Shown here piece after piece: positions 1 through 9,040 of a DNA stretch of 64,000 nt (its first letter is position 1; each line of letters starts with the position of its first letter). The position numbers were made by a program, and so were the translations under genes. Source of the DNA: Candidatus Omnitrophota bacterium. Its GTDB lineage: Bacteria > Omnitrophota > Gorgyraeia > Zapsychrales > Fredricksoniimonadaceae. Below the pieces are notes generated by a model. The model was not told the DNA's origin, did no database searches, and was given only the letters and a program-made list of their open reading frames with translations. The DNA lies in the NCBI GenBank assembly GCA_015233335.1, contig JADFXX010000008.1:11798-75797 (forward strand), written 5' to 3'.

Positions 1-304
1 GACAGCAGAGTTTGAGGCCCAAGCACGAGGGGAGAAGACTTTGGCAGTCAATATGCCGTGTCTTTCTAAGAACGGGACAACGTTTTATGCTGATATCAGC
101 ACCGCTGTTTTGACATTGGATGGCAAGTCGTGCCTTATAGGCTTTTTTACTGATGTTACCAAGCGCAAAGAAGCAGAAGATATATTGTATAAGCAGACGC
201 GTGAACTAAAGATTTTTTATGATTCCTGCATGGGCAGGGAAGAGCGCATCTTAGAGTTAAAAAATGAACTTGCGAAGTTGAGGGCTGAGTTGGGAAGGTC
301 ATAA
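1..304 (+). CDS. Sensor protein C-terminal fragment with PAS/PAC-like segment, truncated at the 5' window edge
   Basis: The frame is open from nt 2 to the TAA at 302-304. The protein shows PAC-like motifs (TFYADISTAVLTLDGKS...FTDVTKRKEAE) and a coiled-coil tail. Confidence 0.45.
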   Translation, partial: TAEFEAQARGEKTLAVNMPCLSKNGTTFYADISTAVLTLDGKSCLIGFFTDVTKRKEAEDILYKQTRELKIFYDSCMGREERILELKNELAKLRAELGRS

Positions 305-314
305 AAGAGCGCAA

Positions 315-533
315 ATGGGAAATAAAGAACCTCAAAACTGTTGGGAATTCAGGGACTGCCCAGAAGAAATTAGGATAAAATGCCCTGGGTTTATTTATCC
401 GGATGAGAAATGCTGGATGATTGCAAGTCATGTTAGCGGAAAATGGTGTCCAAAGGCAAAGGGCAAAGGGATTATGTATTGTGTAGAGGATTGTGGGTGG
501 TATAAGAAATTTAATCCGAAGGCCAATCCATAG
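315..533 (+). CDS. Small cysteine-rich protein with two CW-type motifs (NCWEF..C..C / KCWMI...WC); function unknown
   Basis: 72-aa ORF with 8 Cys and two repeated C-W-x motifs. It starts 11 nt after the PAS gene stop. Confidence 0.4.
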   Translation: MGNKEPQNCWEFRDCPEEIRIKCPGFIYPDEKCWMIASHVSGKWCPKAKGKGIMYCVEDCGWYKKFNPKANP

Positions 534-614
534 CCGAATAAGCCGATACATAAAGTAAAGCATAGATGAGGAAGTCAAGAAGGCCGCCCGGATTAAGTTA
601 AACGCTCCGTTAAA

Positions 615-1502
615 TTGATCAGCGCTATTTTTATGCTTAAAACGGTAAGTCTGCGTCATAAAACATGTGCTATTTGCGGTGATTTGGTATGGACCCATCG
701 CGCCAAATATTGCCAAAGGTGCTCCGTTTTTACTCGCCGTTTACAGCGTCTTTCGCGCAAGGCTGCCAGGGCTATTCTGCGCTATGTCCATAAAAATGGC
801 TTTATCTGTTACTACACCAGGATGCCGCTTGAGATGTTTGATACGCACAGCCCCTGGTACTGCGTTTTCGATCACTGGATCCCGCATGATCCGCGTAAGG
901 TGGTGATCACATCCTCCTTGATCAACGACATGAAATCCGACCTTAGTGAAGACGAGTTTTGGTATTATGTGATTGCCTTGGCTAATAATAAGTTAAACCA
1001 TATCAAGGTTAGAGAAAAGACCCTCAAATATTGGGACAGGGATTATAGCCCCAAGGCGCTTTACCCCGATGGGTGGGAGGGTCCTACGTATGGCCCGGTG
1101 TGCAACGGCCGATGCCATATTTGCGGCAAGCGGATATTGGGCGACCATTTAAGGTATTGCCGTCCGTGCGCCATATTGGCCCACCGCATTCATATAGAGC
1201 ATGTGCTGCCGGAGGTGAAAATAAAGCTATGGGCGTATATACGTAAAAACGGCTGTGTCTGTTATTATACCGGCATGCGCCTGGAATTGGACGACCCTAG
1301 AAGCCCCTGGTATTGTGTGTTCGATCATTGTAATCCCCATGATCCCAGAAAGCTTGTCATCACCTCGGCGCTGATCAATGAAATGAAATCGGATCTCTCG
1401 GAAAGCGAATTCTGGTATTACATCAAAGCGCTTGCCGACTATAAACTTCATGGCACCAGGATCCGCAGGAAAATGCTCGTCTTCTGGTATCGTTTAAGTT
1501 AA
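615..1502 (+). CDS. Hypothetical protein with two tandem ~150-aa CxxC...CxxC (zinc-ribbon-like) modules; possibly HNH-like
   Basis: Internal duplication is clear. Unit 1: YVHKNGFICYYTRMPLEMFDTHSPWYCVFDHWIPHDPRKVVITSSLINDMKSDLSEDEFWYY. Unit 2: YIRKNGCVCYYTGMRLELDDPRSPWYCVFDHCNPHDPRKLVITSALINEMKSDLSESEFWYY. Each unit is preceded by CxxC-x9-12-CxxC. Confidence 0.55.
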   Translation: MISAIFMLKTVSLRHKTCAICGDLVWTHRAKYCQRCSVFTRRLQRLSRKAARAILRYVHKNGFICYYTRMPLEMFDTHSPWYCVFDHWIPHDPRKVVITSSLINDMKSDLSEDEFWYYVIALANNKLNHIKVREKTLKYWDRDYSPKALYPDGWEGPTYGPVCNGRCHICGKRILGDHLRYCRPCAILAHRIHIEHVLPEVKIKLWAYIRKNGCVCYYTGMRLELDDPRSPWYCVFDHCNPHDPRKLVITSALINEMKSDLSESEFWYYIKALADYKLHGTRIRRKMLVFWYRLS

Positions 1503-1573
1503 CCTCATTAAGGTAAACTGATTGACAGCAAGATTTGTAAGAATAAAATATTTCGATAAAGGAGAACGGTAAT

Positions 1574-3493
1574 ATGAAAATTTTAAGAGTTATTTTTTTC
1601 GTTGTTTTGGGGCTAGTTATTCTTATTTCATTGGCCGCATTCATTTTTATCAAGACTTTTGATGTTAACAAGTATCTTCCACAGGTTGCTCAACAAGTAG
1701 GTAAAGCCATTAACCGGCAAGTTAACATAGGGCATGCGAATTTAGAGCTTGCTCTGTTCAAGGGGATTTCTTTAGAATTAAGAAATATAACCATTAAAGA
1801 TGATCAAGAATTCAGTCGCAACAATTTTTTAACATTGGACACCGCTTATGTCGGTCTGGACGTGGGAGCGCTCATCCAAAAGCGGCAGATTAGTGTGACT
1901 GACATCATTCTAACTACCCTTCAAATATCCATTGTCCGGCTGCCCAATGGGGCCATTAATGCCCAGACCATGGCTCCTGCTCCATCAAGGGCAGGGGAGG
2001 CGTCAACGGCGAGCCCTGCTGTTCTTCCGGCCTCAAATTCCGCATCAAACCAAACGATGATGCTGCCTGTTTTATCGGTTAGGTCTATTTCCATCAAGCA
2101 TGCCCAACTGTCGTTTGAAGATCAAAATAAACAGATGCCTTTGCATGTCTTGATCAAGGATGTTGATATTCAGATCAATAACTTCTCTTTAAATGATCCA
2201 TTTGACTTTACCGTAAGTGCAAATGTTTTGGCCCAAGAAGGTCAAAAGAATATTCTTGTTGCCGGGCACTGTTTTCTTGATCTAACAAAAACTGCAGTCC
2301 GCATCAGCAATCTTCAAGTTAAAAGTGATTTAAGCCAATGGGACTGGGCTCTCGTCAGAAACATTACTCCCATGCTTCAAGCCTTGCCGGTTTGGCCTCA
2401 AACGATCAAAGGCAATATTTTAATAGGGATCCCCAGCGCAAGCGCTTCTCAAAAAGGTTTGGAAGGGCTATCGCTTCAAATAGGATTGACCGATGGGTAT
2501 GTGAAAATCAAAGAATTATTAAATCCTATTGAACAGATCAGTCTTCAAGCTGAATCAGACCTAAACAGCGTTTCTCTTAAGCGATTGGAAGCGCATATAG
2601 GAAGCGGCCAAATCAATGCTCAAGCTGATTTGAAAGATCTTTTAAATGTGCCCGGCTACACATTCGAGTTTCAGAGTAAATCCGTTAAAGTAGAAGATCT
2701 CTTAGATCAAAGCAATGCCCCTTATGTTTTAAAAGGGGAAGTGGTCGGCCAATTTTCCGGTTCAGGAAAAAGTTTTGAACCCCAATCCATGCTTAATAAT
2801 ATTAAAGGAGAGGGCGATATTGCTTTAAATAACGCAAAAGTGGAAAAGCTTAATATTTTAAAAGTCATCTTGGATAAATTAAATTTTATTCCGGGAAATA
2901 TCATTCAAAGTGCCCTTGAAGGGGCATTGCCGTCAAATATAAAGACACAACTGGATACAGATACGACAATATTAGATAAACTACAAAGTAAGATTAAAGT
3001 TGAAAACAAGGTCATTTCTCTTTCTGATGCGCAGGTCAATTCAAAACTGTTTTCCATGGCAGCAGAGGGGACAATTGATTTTGATTTAAATACCAATATC
3101 ACAGTGAATGTTTCTCTGTCGTCTGATATTTCAGCATCATTGGCTAAATCGGCCAGTCCCTTGAAAGGGCTTTTTAATGATCAAAATTGCATCTACATTC
3201 CCGGGAAAGTCTCAGGAAAGGCTCCTTCAGTCAGCTATCTGCCGCAGATCGATTATATAACCAAGAAAGTGGCGGTTTCTGAAGGGACCCAGCAAATCAC
3301 GCAGCAATTACAAAAAGTTTTTGACAAGAATCCCGGTGTGAAAAATTTATTGAATTCGATCTTACCCGGAAATTCCGAAAATACGAATTCAGATAATGGC
3401 ACTGCCCAATCTGACCAATCAACAAATAACCAAAACCAGGAAGATCCCTCTAAGAAATTAATTAACGGATTTTTAGGCAAAATTCTTCATTGA
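1574..3493 (+). CDS. AsmA-family outer-membrane assembly protein
   Basis: GGAGAA ribosome-binding site, then an N-terminal TM helix. The AsmA-like N-domain pattern is present (QVNIGHANLELALFKGISLELRNITIKDD...LTLDTAYVGLDVGALIQKRQISVTDIILTTLQISIVRLPNG). The tail is long and Asn/Ser/Gln-rich. Confidence 0.7.
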   Translation: MKILRVIFFVVLGLVILISLAAFIFIKTFDVNKYLPQVAQQVGKAINRQVNIGHANLELALFKGISLELRNITIKDDQEFSRNNFLTLDTAYVGLDVGALIQKRQISVTDIILTTLQISIVRLPNGAINAQTMAPAPSRAGEASTASPAVLPASNSASNQTMMLPVLSVRSISIKHAQLSFEDQNKQMPLHVLIKDVDIQINNFSLNDPFDFTVSANVLAQEGQKNILVAGHCFLDLTKTAVRISNLQVKSDLSQWDWALVRNITPMLQALPVWPQTIKGNILIGIPSASASQKGLEGLSLQIGLTDGYVKIKELLNPIEQISLQAESDLNSVSLKRLEAHIGSGQINAQADLKDLLNVPGYTFEFQSKSVKVEDLLDQSNAPYVLKGEVVGQFSGSGKSFEPQSMLNNIKGEGDIALNNAKVEKLNILKVILDKLNFIPGNIIQSALEGALPSNIKTQLDTDTTILDKLQSKIKVENKVISLSDAQVNSKLFSMAAEGTIDFDLNTNITVNVSLSSDISASLAKSASPLKGLFNDQNCIYIPGKVSGKAPSVSYLPQIDYITKKVAVSEGTQQITQQLQKVFDKNPGVKNLLNSILPGNSENTNSDNGTAQSDQSTNNQNQEDPSKKLINGFLGKILH

Positions 3494-3593
3494 TCAACCA
3501 AAGTTTTGCGCCATGATCCTTTTTTATAAATGGAGGAGATTGTTTGACTATCTTCTGTTACAATTATAGAAGAATTAAAAGACAGGAGAGGTT

Positions 3594-3773
3594 ATGAGAA
3601 TCAGAATTTTTATATTCTTGATCTTAGGAGTCGGTGTCGCAGGTGCTTGTTTTGCCCAGTCCAGAGAACCTTCCATGGGAAGTGAGTCTTCATCGACCGG
3701 TGTCTGGCCTTCAGCGCAAAGCGAGTCTTCGGTGGGTGGGTATGGATCCGGTGACCACGGGAATGTTTCTTAA
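3594..3773 (+). CDS. Small secreted peptide (59 aa) with signal peptide
   Basis: AGGAGAG ribosome-binding site 4 nt upstream of the ATG. Product MRIRIFIFLILGVGVAGACFAQS..., Ser/Gly-rich. Its stop overlaps the next gene's start (TAAATG). It is below the 60-aa cutoff of the ORF table. Confidence 0.3.
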   Translation: MRIRIFIFLILGVGVAGACFAQSREPSMGSESSSTGVWPSAQSESSVGGYGSGDHGNVS

Positions 3774-4826
3774 ATGATATCTCATTTATTTGATCCAATT
3801 AAGATAGGGGATATCAATGTTCCCAACCGCATCATCATGGCGCCTCTCACTCGCTGCCGGGCGTCCGAAGGGCGTATCCCTAATGCGATGATGGCAGAGT
3901 ATTATGCTCAGCGTGCCTCAGCGGGTTTGATTATCAGTGAAGCGACATCAGTGACACCTATGGGAGTGGGTTATCCCGACACACCGGGGGTTTGGTCCCG
4001 TGAGCAGGTTGAGGGCTGGAAATTAGTAACCCATGCTGTTCATTGTGCAGGCGGTCGAATATTCCTTCAGCTTTGGCATGTGGGTCGGATTTCTGATCCT
4101 GTTTATCTTAATGGCGAACTTCCGGTAGCTCCAAGCGCAATAGCTCCTGCCGGTCATGTCAGTTTACTGCGCCCTAAGAAACCATATGTGACGCCGCGGG
4201 CCCTCGAATTAAGTGAAATTCCGGCAATTATCGAGGCCTATCGCAAGGGTGCCCAAAATGCAAAAGACGCGGGGTTTGACGGCGTTGAGGTCCATGGGGC
4301 CAACGGATATCTTCTGGATCAATTTTTACAGGATGGAACAAACAAAAGAACAGATCGTTATGGCGGCAATATTGAAAATCGCGCACGGCTTATGCTAGAG
4401 GTTCTCGATGCTGTCCTTTCAGTCTGGCCTGCCGGACGTGTTGGTATGCATTTAGCTCCCCGCGGGGATTCTAATGATATCAAGGATTCTAATCCCTCAG
4501 CAACCTTTGGGTATGTGGCCCGTGAGCTAGGCCAACGGCACCTTGCTTTTATCTGTACAAGGGAGTCTCTGGGTGAAAAACGGCTCTCTCCTTCCTTGAA
4601 AAAGGCTTTTGGCGGGTGTTTTATTGCCAATGAGGGCTTTAATCAAAAAACAGCAGAAGCGGAAATTGTCTTGGGGCAAGCCGATGCTGTTGCCTTTGGT
4701 CAGCTTTTTCTTGCTAATCCTGATCTTCCAGCCCGGTTTCTTTCCCAAGCAGCTTTAAACGTTGGCGATCCCCAAACTTTTTATGGATCCGGACCAAAAG
4801 GGTATATCGATTATCCCAGTTTATGA
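3774..4826 (+). CDS. NADH:flavin oxidoreductase, Old Yellow Enzyme family (N-ethylmaleimide reductase-like)
   Basis: Canonical OYE N-terminus (PIKIGDINVPNRIIMAPLTRCRA...) with the HGANGYLLDQFL and RYGGNIENRARL motifs. Confidence 0.9.
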   Translation: MISHLFDPIKIGDINVPNRIIMAPLTRCRASEGRIPNAMMAEYYAQRASAGLIISEATSVTPMGVGYPDTPGVWSREQVEGWKLVTHAVHCAGGRIFLQLWHVGRISDPVYLNGELPVAPSAIAPAGHVSLLRPKKPYVTPRALELSEIPAIIEAYRKGAQNAKDAGFDGVEVHGANGYLLDQFLQDGTNKRTDRYGGNIENRARLMLEVLDAVLSVWPAGRVGMHLAPRGDSNDIKDSNPSATFGYVARELGQRHLAFICTRESLGEKRLSPSLKKAFGGCFIANEGFNQKTAEAEIVLGQADAVAFGQLFLANPDLPARFLSQAALNVGDPQTFYGSGPKGYIDYPSL

Positions 4827-4858
4827 GTGTCCGGCCTCGAAGTAATCAAAGGATTAAT

Positions 4859-5230
4859 TTAGGTTTGAGAGTAGGTGGCTTTATATTCTTCCTGAGTCAT
4901 GGATTGATGCAGATAATCACGAAGCAAGTTGCGTTTTTCAGAAGGCAGATCTAAGAATTCTAAACCCACGTCATACCGGTATCGGCTGTTATTGTCTCGA
5001 TCAGAGATCCTGACCACACGGGCCGTTGTCTTGATAAAATTCTTAAATTCATGCAGGCGAATGCCCACCTCGAGCAGTGAATTAATGGGAAAATAAAGGT
5101 TTAACGGGATACAGATGCCCGTTTCAGAAATGTCCTTAATCCGCGATCCGCTGATCAAATTGCTTTTCATCTTGCGGAAAGAGACATTCAAGCTCACATT
5201 CCGGCGGTCACTCTTTCTTTTATTCTGCAT
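4859..5230 (-). CDS. PilZ domain protein (c-di-GMP receptor-like)
   Basis: RxxxR (SDRRNVSLNVSF) and D-x-S-x-x-G (KDISETGICI) motifs. Confidence 0.7.
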   Translation of the reverse strand: MQNKRKSDRRNVSLNVSFRKMKSNLISGSRIKDISETGICIPLNLYFPINSLLEVGIRLHEFKNFIKTTARVVRISDRDNNSRYRYDVGLEFLDLPSEKRNLLRDYLHQSMTQEEYKATYSQT

Positions 5231-5258
5231 ACTAAACTATAACATGCCTAAAGGAAAA

Positions 5259-5290
5259 TTGCAAATTGGCAGCCAAAGAATTGGCAGCCA
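5259..5290 (-). promoter_or_regulatory. Candidate sigma-54 (-24/-12) promoter for the PilZ gene, with a duplicated -24-like element
   Basis: Minus strand reads TGGCTGCCAATTCTTTGGCTGCCAATTTGCAA. The proximal copy TGGCTGC-CAAT-TTGCA matches TGGCACG-N4-TTGCA with correct GG/GC spacing, about 30 nt upstream of the ATG at 5230. Confidence 0.3.
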
Positions 5291-5305
5291 GAGGATCTTG
5301 ACTTT

Positions 5306-5647
5306 TTATCCTATGGCCTCTGTTCCGCGATCTCCGGTACGGATCCGGATACATTCCTTAAGGTCCAGTACAAAGATCTTGCCATCCCCGGTTTTACCGG
5401 TTTTTGCGCCTTTAATAATGGCATTGATGGTAGGTTCAACGAAATTTTCATTGACCGCGATCTCCAAACGTACTTTTCTTAAGAGATTACCTGTCTCTTT
5501 GACCCCGCGATAATACTCGGTGACGCCTTTTTGCCGGCCATGACCCAGCACTTCGCTGACCGTAATCAAGTGGACTTGGGCCGCGTACAAGGCCTGTTTA
5601 ACTTCTTCCAAACGGTAAGGTTGAATAATGGCAACAATGAGTTTCAT
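5306..5647 (-). CDS. glnK: Nitrogen regulatory protein P-II
   Basis: 112-aa GlnB/GlnK family protein with a T-loop ([12 protein letters not shown]). It lies immediately downstream of amtB. Confidence 0.92.
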   Translation of the reverse strand: MKLIVAIIQPYRLEEVKQALYAAQVHLITVSEVLGHGRQKGVTEYYRGVKETGNLLRKVRLEIAVNENFVEPTINAIIKGAKTGKTGDGKIFVLDLKECIRIRTGDRGTEAIG

Positions 5648-5658
5648 GATCGCTCCTT

Positions 5659-6945
5659 TTATTCTAGAATGGTATAGGCATGTTCACGATGCTGACTTAG
5701 ATCGACCCCGATGCTTTCTTCCTGTTCATTGATCCTCACACCTAAAAAGATGTCGATGAATTTGTAGATCAAGAATGTGACTATGACAGTGTATAGGGCA
5801 GCTATCAGGACAGCGGTCGCCTGTGTAAGCAAAAAATGCGGGTTGCCGAAGAATAACCCATCAGCGCCCTGAGGGTTAACGGCTTTTGAAGCAAAAAGCC
5901 CAACACAGATAGTCCCCAAGATCCCGCCTACGCCATGTACACCAAAAACGTCCAGTGAGTCGTCATACCCATATTTAGGTTTAACAACGGCAACGGCGAT
6001 AAAGCAGAGAATGCTGGCAAGGATACCGATCAGCATGGCCGAACCTATCCCGACATAACCGGCACCCGGTGTGACGGTCGCAAGGCCTGCCACACAGCCT
6101 GTGATAATGCCGAATACGGTCGGTCTGCCGTTACGGATCCATTCGAGCAAAGACCAAGTAATGCCTGCTGTAGCGGCGGCGGTGTTGGTCGTGATAAAAG
6201 CATTGACAGCGATTTCATTGACCCCTAAAGCGCTGCCGGCATTAAATCCGAACCATCCAAACCACAATAATCCCGTACCTAATACAACCAGCGGCAGATT
6301 ATGGGGCGCCGGAGAGTGGTTGAGGTTTTTACGTTTGCCGATGATGATTGTAGTGACCAATGCGGCCACTCCGGCGGTGGTGTGAACGACGATGCCTCCG
6401 GCAAAGTCCAAGACGCCCATTTGTTTAAGCCATCCGCCGCTTCCCCATACCCAATGGCATATAGGAGCATAAACAAAGGTGGCCCAAAGCAGGGTAAAGA
6501 TGAGATAAGCGGAAAATTTCATTCTTTCCGCAAAAGCTCCGATAATAAGAGCAGGTGTAATAACCGCAAACATGGCTTGGAAGATCATAAAAACCCTATT
6601 GGGAATGGTTGAGGAATAATCAGGCATAGGGGCATATCCTACGTTTTTTAATCCTAACCAGCCTAGTCCGCCCCAGAACCCGTTGCTTGGGGCAAAGGAG
6701 AGGCTGTAGCCTATCATGATCCACCACACGTTTAAAATACACATGGCAGCAAAACACTGCATAAGCACGCCTAAAATGTTTTTACGGCGGACCATGCCTC
6801 CGTAGAATAGCGCCAAACCCGGTGTCATCAGCATGACCAGAGCCGCAGATATCAGTACAAATAATGTATCGACCGTGTTAACAGGAAGACCGTTCATATC
6901 ATCTCCTTCGTCATTTAATCTAGGTAAAAGAGAAGTCTCCACCAA
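5659..6945 (-). CDS. amtB: Ammonium transporter
   Basis: 428-aa polytopic Amt/MEP family protein ([25 protein letters not shown] motifs). Confidence 0.95.
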   Translation of the reverse strand: MVETSLLPRLNDEGDDMNGLPVNTVDTLFVLISAALVMLMTPGLALFYGGMVRRKNILGVLMQCFAAMCILNVWWIMIGYSLSFAPSNGFWGGLGWLGLKNVGYAPMPDYSSTIPNRVFMIFQAMFAVITPALIIGAFAERMKFSAYLIFTLLWATFVYAPICHWVWGSGGWLKQMGVLDFAGGIVVHTTAGVAALVTTIIIGKRKNLNHSPAPHNLPLVVLGTGLLWFGWFGFNAGSALGVNEIAVNAFITTNTAAATAGITWSLLEWIRNGRPTVFGIITGCVAGLATVTPGAGYVGIGSAMLIGILASILCFIAVAVVKPKYGYDDSLDVFGVHGVGGILGTICVGLFASKAVNPQGADGLFFGNPHFLLTQATAVLIAALYTVIVTFLIYKFIDIFLGVRINEQEESIGVDLSQHREHAYTILE

Positions 6946-7053
6946 TTTCTATGGAGACATTGCGGGGACGCTTCAATGCGTTCCTAAGGAAGTGCCAGGC
7001 ACGTCAATGCGCCCGGTAATCCAAGAATCATACTGTTGATTTATGTGAAAGAA

Positions 7054-7073
7054 AATACGTATAATTACGTATT
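7054..7073. promoter_or_regulatory. Perfect palindrome AATACGTATAATTACGTATT in the divergent amtB / lipoprotein promoter region (candidate operator)
   Basis: 8-4-8 perfect palindrome, about 110 bp upstream of the amtB start and 117 bp upstream of the ORF at 7190. Confidence 0.25.
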
Positions 7074-7189
7074 TTTATCAGTAGTCGGTAAAGATAGGCG
7101 TAATTTTCAAAATCTAATGCAACGTTAGACCAATTTTCTGCTATAATAAGAAAAATTTAAGTGCTTATAATTCAAGAAGGGGTGTTTCA

Positions 7190-7651
7190 ATGAAAAGATC
7201 ATTTAGAATGTTTCCTGTGATCATGTTCCTGTCAGTTACTTGGGGTTGTAACCCTTATAATAATACGGGTGAAGGAGCGGCTGCGGGAGGAGCTCTTGGT
7301 GCGCTAGCCGGAGGCATTATAGGCCATCAAAGTCATGATACAGGAGCCGGCATGTTAATTGGCGGGGCTGTCGGAGCCATCACCGGGGCGGCGGTCGGAT
7401 CTCAAATTCAAAAACCTGTCTATGAACAGCCTTCTCCCGTTATTGTTGCCCAGCCTGCAGGCGTTGTCGTGGCCCAACCTCCGTCAGAAATTGATACGCA
7501 AGACTCAGTGACCGTTAATGTTCCCAATAGTAACGGGTCATACACGGCGGTTGTGCTCAAAAGGACAGGCAACGGATTTGTGGGCCCTCAAGGGGAGTTT
7601 TATACCCAAGTGCCGAGCACCCAGCAGTTAAAACTCATGTACGGGACGTAA
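7190..7651 (+). CDS. Lipoprotein with glycine-zipper (17-kDa-antigen-like) domain
   Basis: Signal peptide with lipobox-like SVTWGC, followed by GxxxG repeats (GALGALAGGIIGHQ...GAVGAITGAAVG). Confidence 0.6.
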   Translation: MKRSFRMFPVIMFLSVTWGCNPYNNTGEGAAAGGALGALAGGIIGHQSHDTGAGMLIGGAVGAITGAAVGSQIQKPVYEQPSPVIVAQPAGVVVAQPPSEIDTQDSVTVNVPNSNGSYTAVVLKRTGNGFVGPQGEFYTQVPSTQQLKLMYGT

Positions 7652-7655
7652 TCTC

Positions 7656-8603
7656 TTGCCTCGCAGAACCATATATACACGATTTTTTAAAAATCTTCAA
7701 AGCCGATTGATGAGTGGGGCTCTTAGATTTTTAGAATGCGTCATGAGGGTAATACCCCGAAGGCTGATTGATTTTTTTATGGAGGGTCTGCTTTTTTTTG
7801 TTTATATGTGGACCAAGAATATCAAACAGATTTGTGTAAGAAACTTACAGTTGGTTTATCGGGACTCCAAAGATAAAAAAGAATATGAACAAATTGCCAG
7901 ACAATACATTAAGTCCATTGGCGTTGGCATGATGGACCTTCTATACTATGTCCAACGGCCCCACCAATTGCTTAAGATCGTGCATTTTGAATGTGAAAAT
8001 AATCTCAAAAAGGCGCTTGAGTCTGGCCGCGGAGTGATTGCTGTTTCCGCCCATTTAGGCAATTTTCCTCTGATGTTCGTTTCGCTGGTCCAAAAAGGGT
8101 ATAAGGTCAATGTGATCATCCGCAACATGAGGGATGAGAATTTTGGCCGGTTCATTCATCAGCTTTGTGATCGCTGTGGCATCAATATGATTACGACTAC
8201 TCCTCCAAAACAATTCCTCAAGAAAAGTTTAGAGGCCTTAAAGCGTAACGAGCTTTTATTTATTTTGCTTGATGAGGCCGTTGAGCAGGAAAATGCTGTT
8301 AAGGTCAATTTTCTTAACCGTGAGGCCATGAGAGCGACAGGCCCGATTTTATTCTTTGAACGAACAAGGTCCCCCGTTTTACCGATGTTCATCGTAAAAG
8401 ATGAGAAAAAACATTTTAAGATTTTTATTGAACAACCTTTTGAGACAGACAAGGGAAAGAACGCGCAGGAAAGTATTGTCAATAATATTACAGGTTTAAG
8501 TCGTATAATTGAGCATTTTGTCATTCAATATCCTTACCAGTGGGGTGGTTGGTTTAATAAAAGATGGTCGTTGGATGCAAAATTTATCGCCCAAAGCTTG
8601 TAA
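7656..8603 (+). CDS. Lipid A biosynthesis acyltransferase, LpxL/HtrB family
   Basis: N-terminal TM helix, then the HLGNFPLM box that corresponds to H(x)4(D/E) of the LPLAT/LpxL family. Size 315 aa. Confidence 0.7.
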   Translation: MPRRTIYTRFFKNLQSRLMSGALRFLECVMRVIPRRLIDFFMEGLLFFVYMWTKNIKQICVRNLQLVYRDSKDKKEYEQIARQYIKSIGVGMMDLLYYVQRPHQLLKIVHFECENNLKKALESGRGVIAVSAHLGNFPLMFVSLVQKGYKVNVIIRNMRDENFGRFIHQLCDRCGINMITTTPPKQFLKKSLEALKRNELLFILLDEAVEQENAVKVNFLNREAMRATGPILFFERTRSPVLPMFIVKDEKKHFKIFIEQPFETDKGKNAQESIVNNITGLSRIIEHFVIQYPYQWGGWFNKRWSLDAKFIAQSL

Positions 8604-8668
8604 ATAAATGAGTTGTGTCTTATAATTTTTAAACAAACAGTAATCTTATTTTAAAAAGGAGATTAAGC

Positions 8669-9037
8669 ATGGAGAATAAGAAAAAAATTGACCCTTTATT
8701 CGGAGTAGTTGTCATCGCTTTGCTTGTGGCTATTATTTTTTTGGTCGGTGATCTGAACTCCAAGATGTTCAATGACGAGAAAGAATATAGGGCCAATTTA
8801 GGAGCTCTCATAAAAATAAAGAATGAAAAGATACAAATTTTGTCGAGGCAATTAGCCCAAAAACAGGGTGAATATGATAGTTTGCAGAAAACATTGCTAG
8901 AGACAAGAAACAACCTTGAACTTTTAAGCAAGAAATTGACTGATCTAAGTACGCCTCCTGCAGCAGTTCCTGCGGCTGCCCCTGTAGCAGCTCCAGAAGC
9001 TGCTCCTGCAGCTGTTCCCCAAGCCGCAGCAAAATAA
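8669..9037 (+). CDS. Membrane-anchored coiled-coil protein with Ala/Pro-rich C-terminus
   Basis: AAAGGAGA ribosome-binding site, one TM helix, a coiled coil, and a PAAVPAAAPVAAPEAAPAAVP tail. Confidence 0.5.
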   Translation: MENKKKIDPLFGVVVIALLVAIIFLVGDLNSKMFNDEKEYRANLGALIKIKNEKIQILSRQLAQKQGEYDSLQKTLLETRNNLELLSKKLTDLSTPPAAVPAAAPVAAPEAAPAAVPQAAAK

Positions 9038-9040
9038 AGA

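Noticed and set aside
6946-7040. Sigma-54 promoter for amtB-glnK
   Set aside because: A TGGCAC -24-like element is present on the minus strand (about 6993-6998), but the -12 region reads TTAGG rather than TTGCA. The match is too weak to call.
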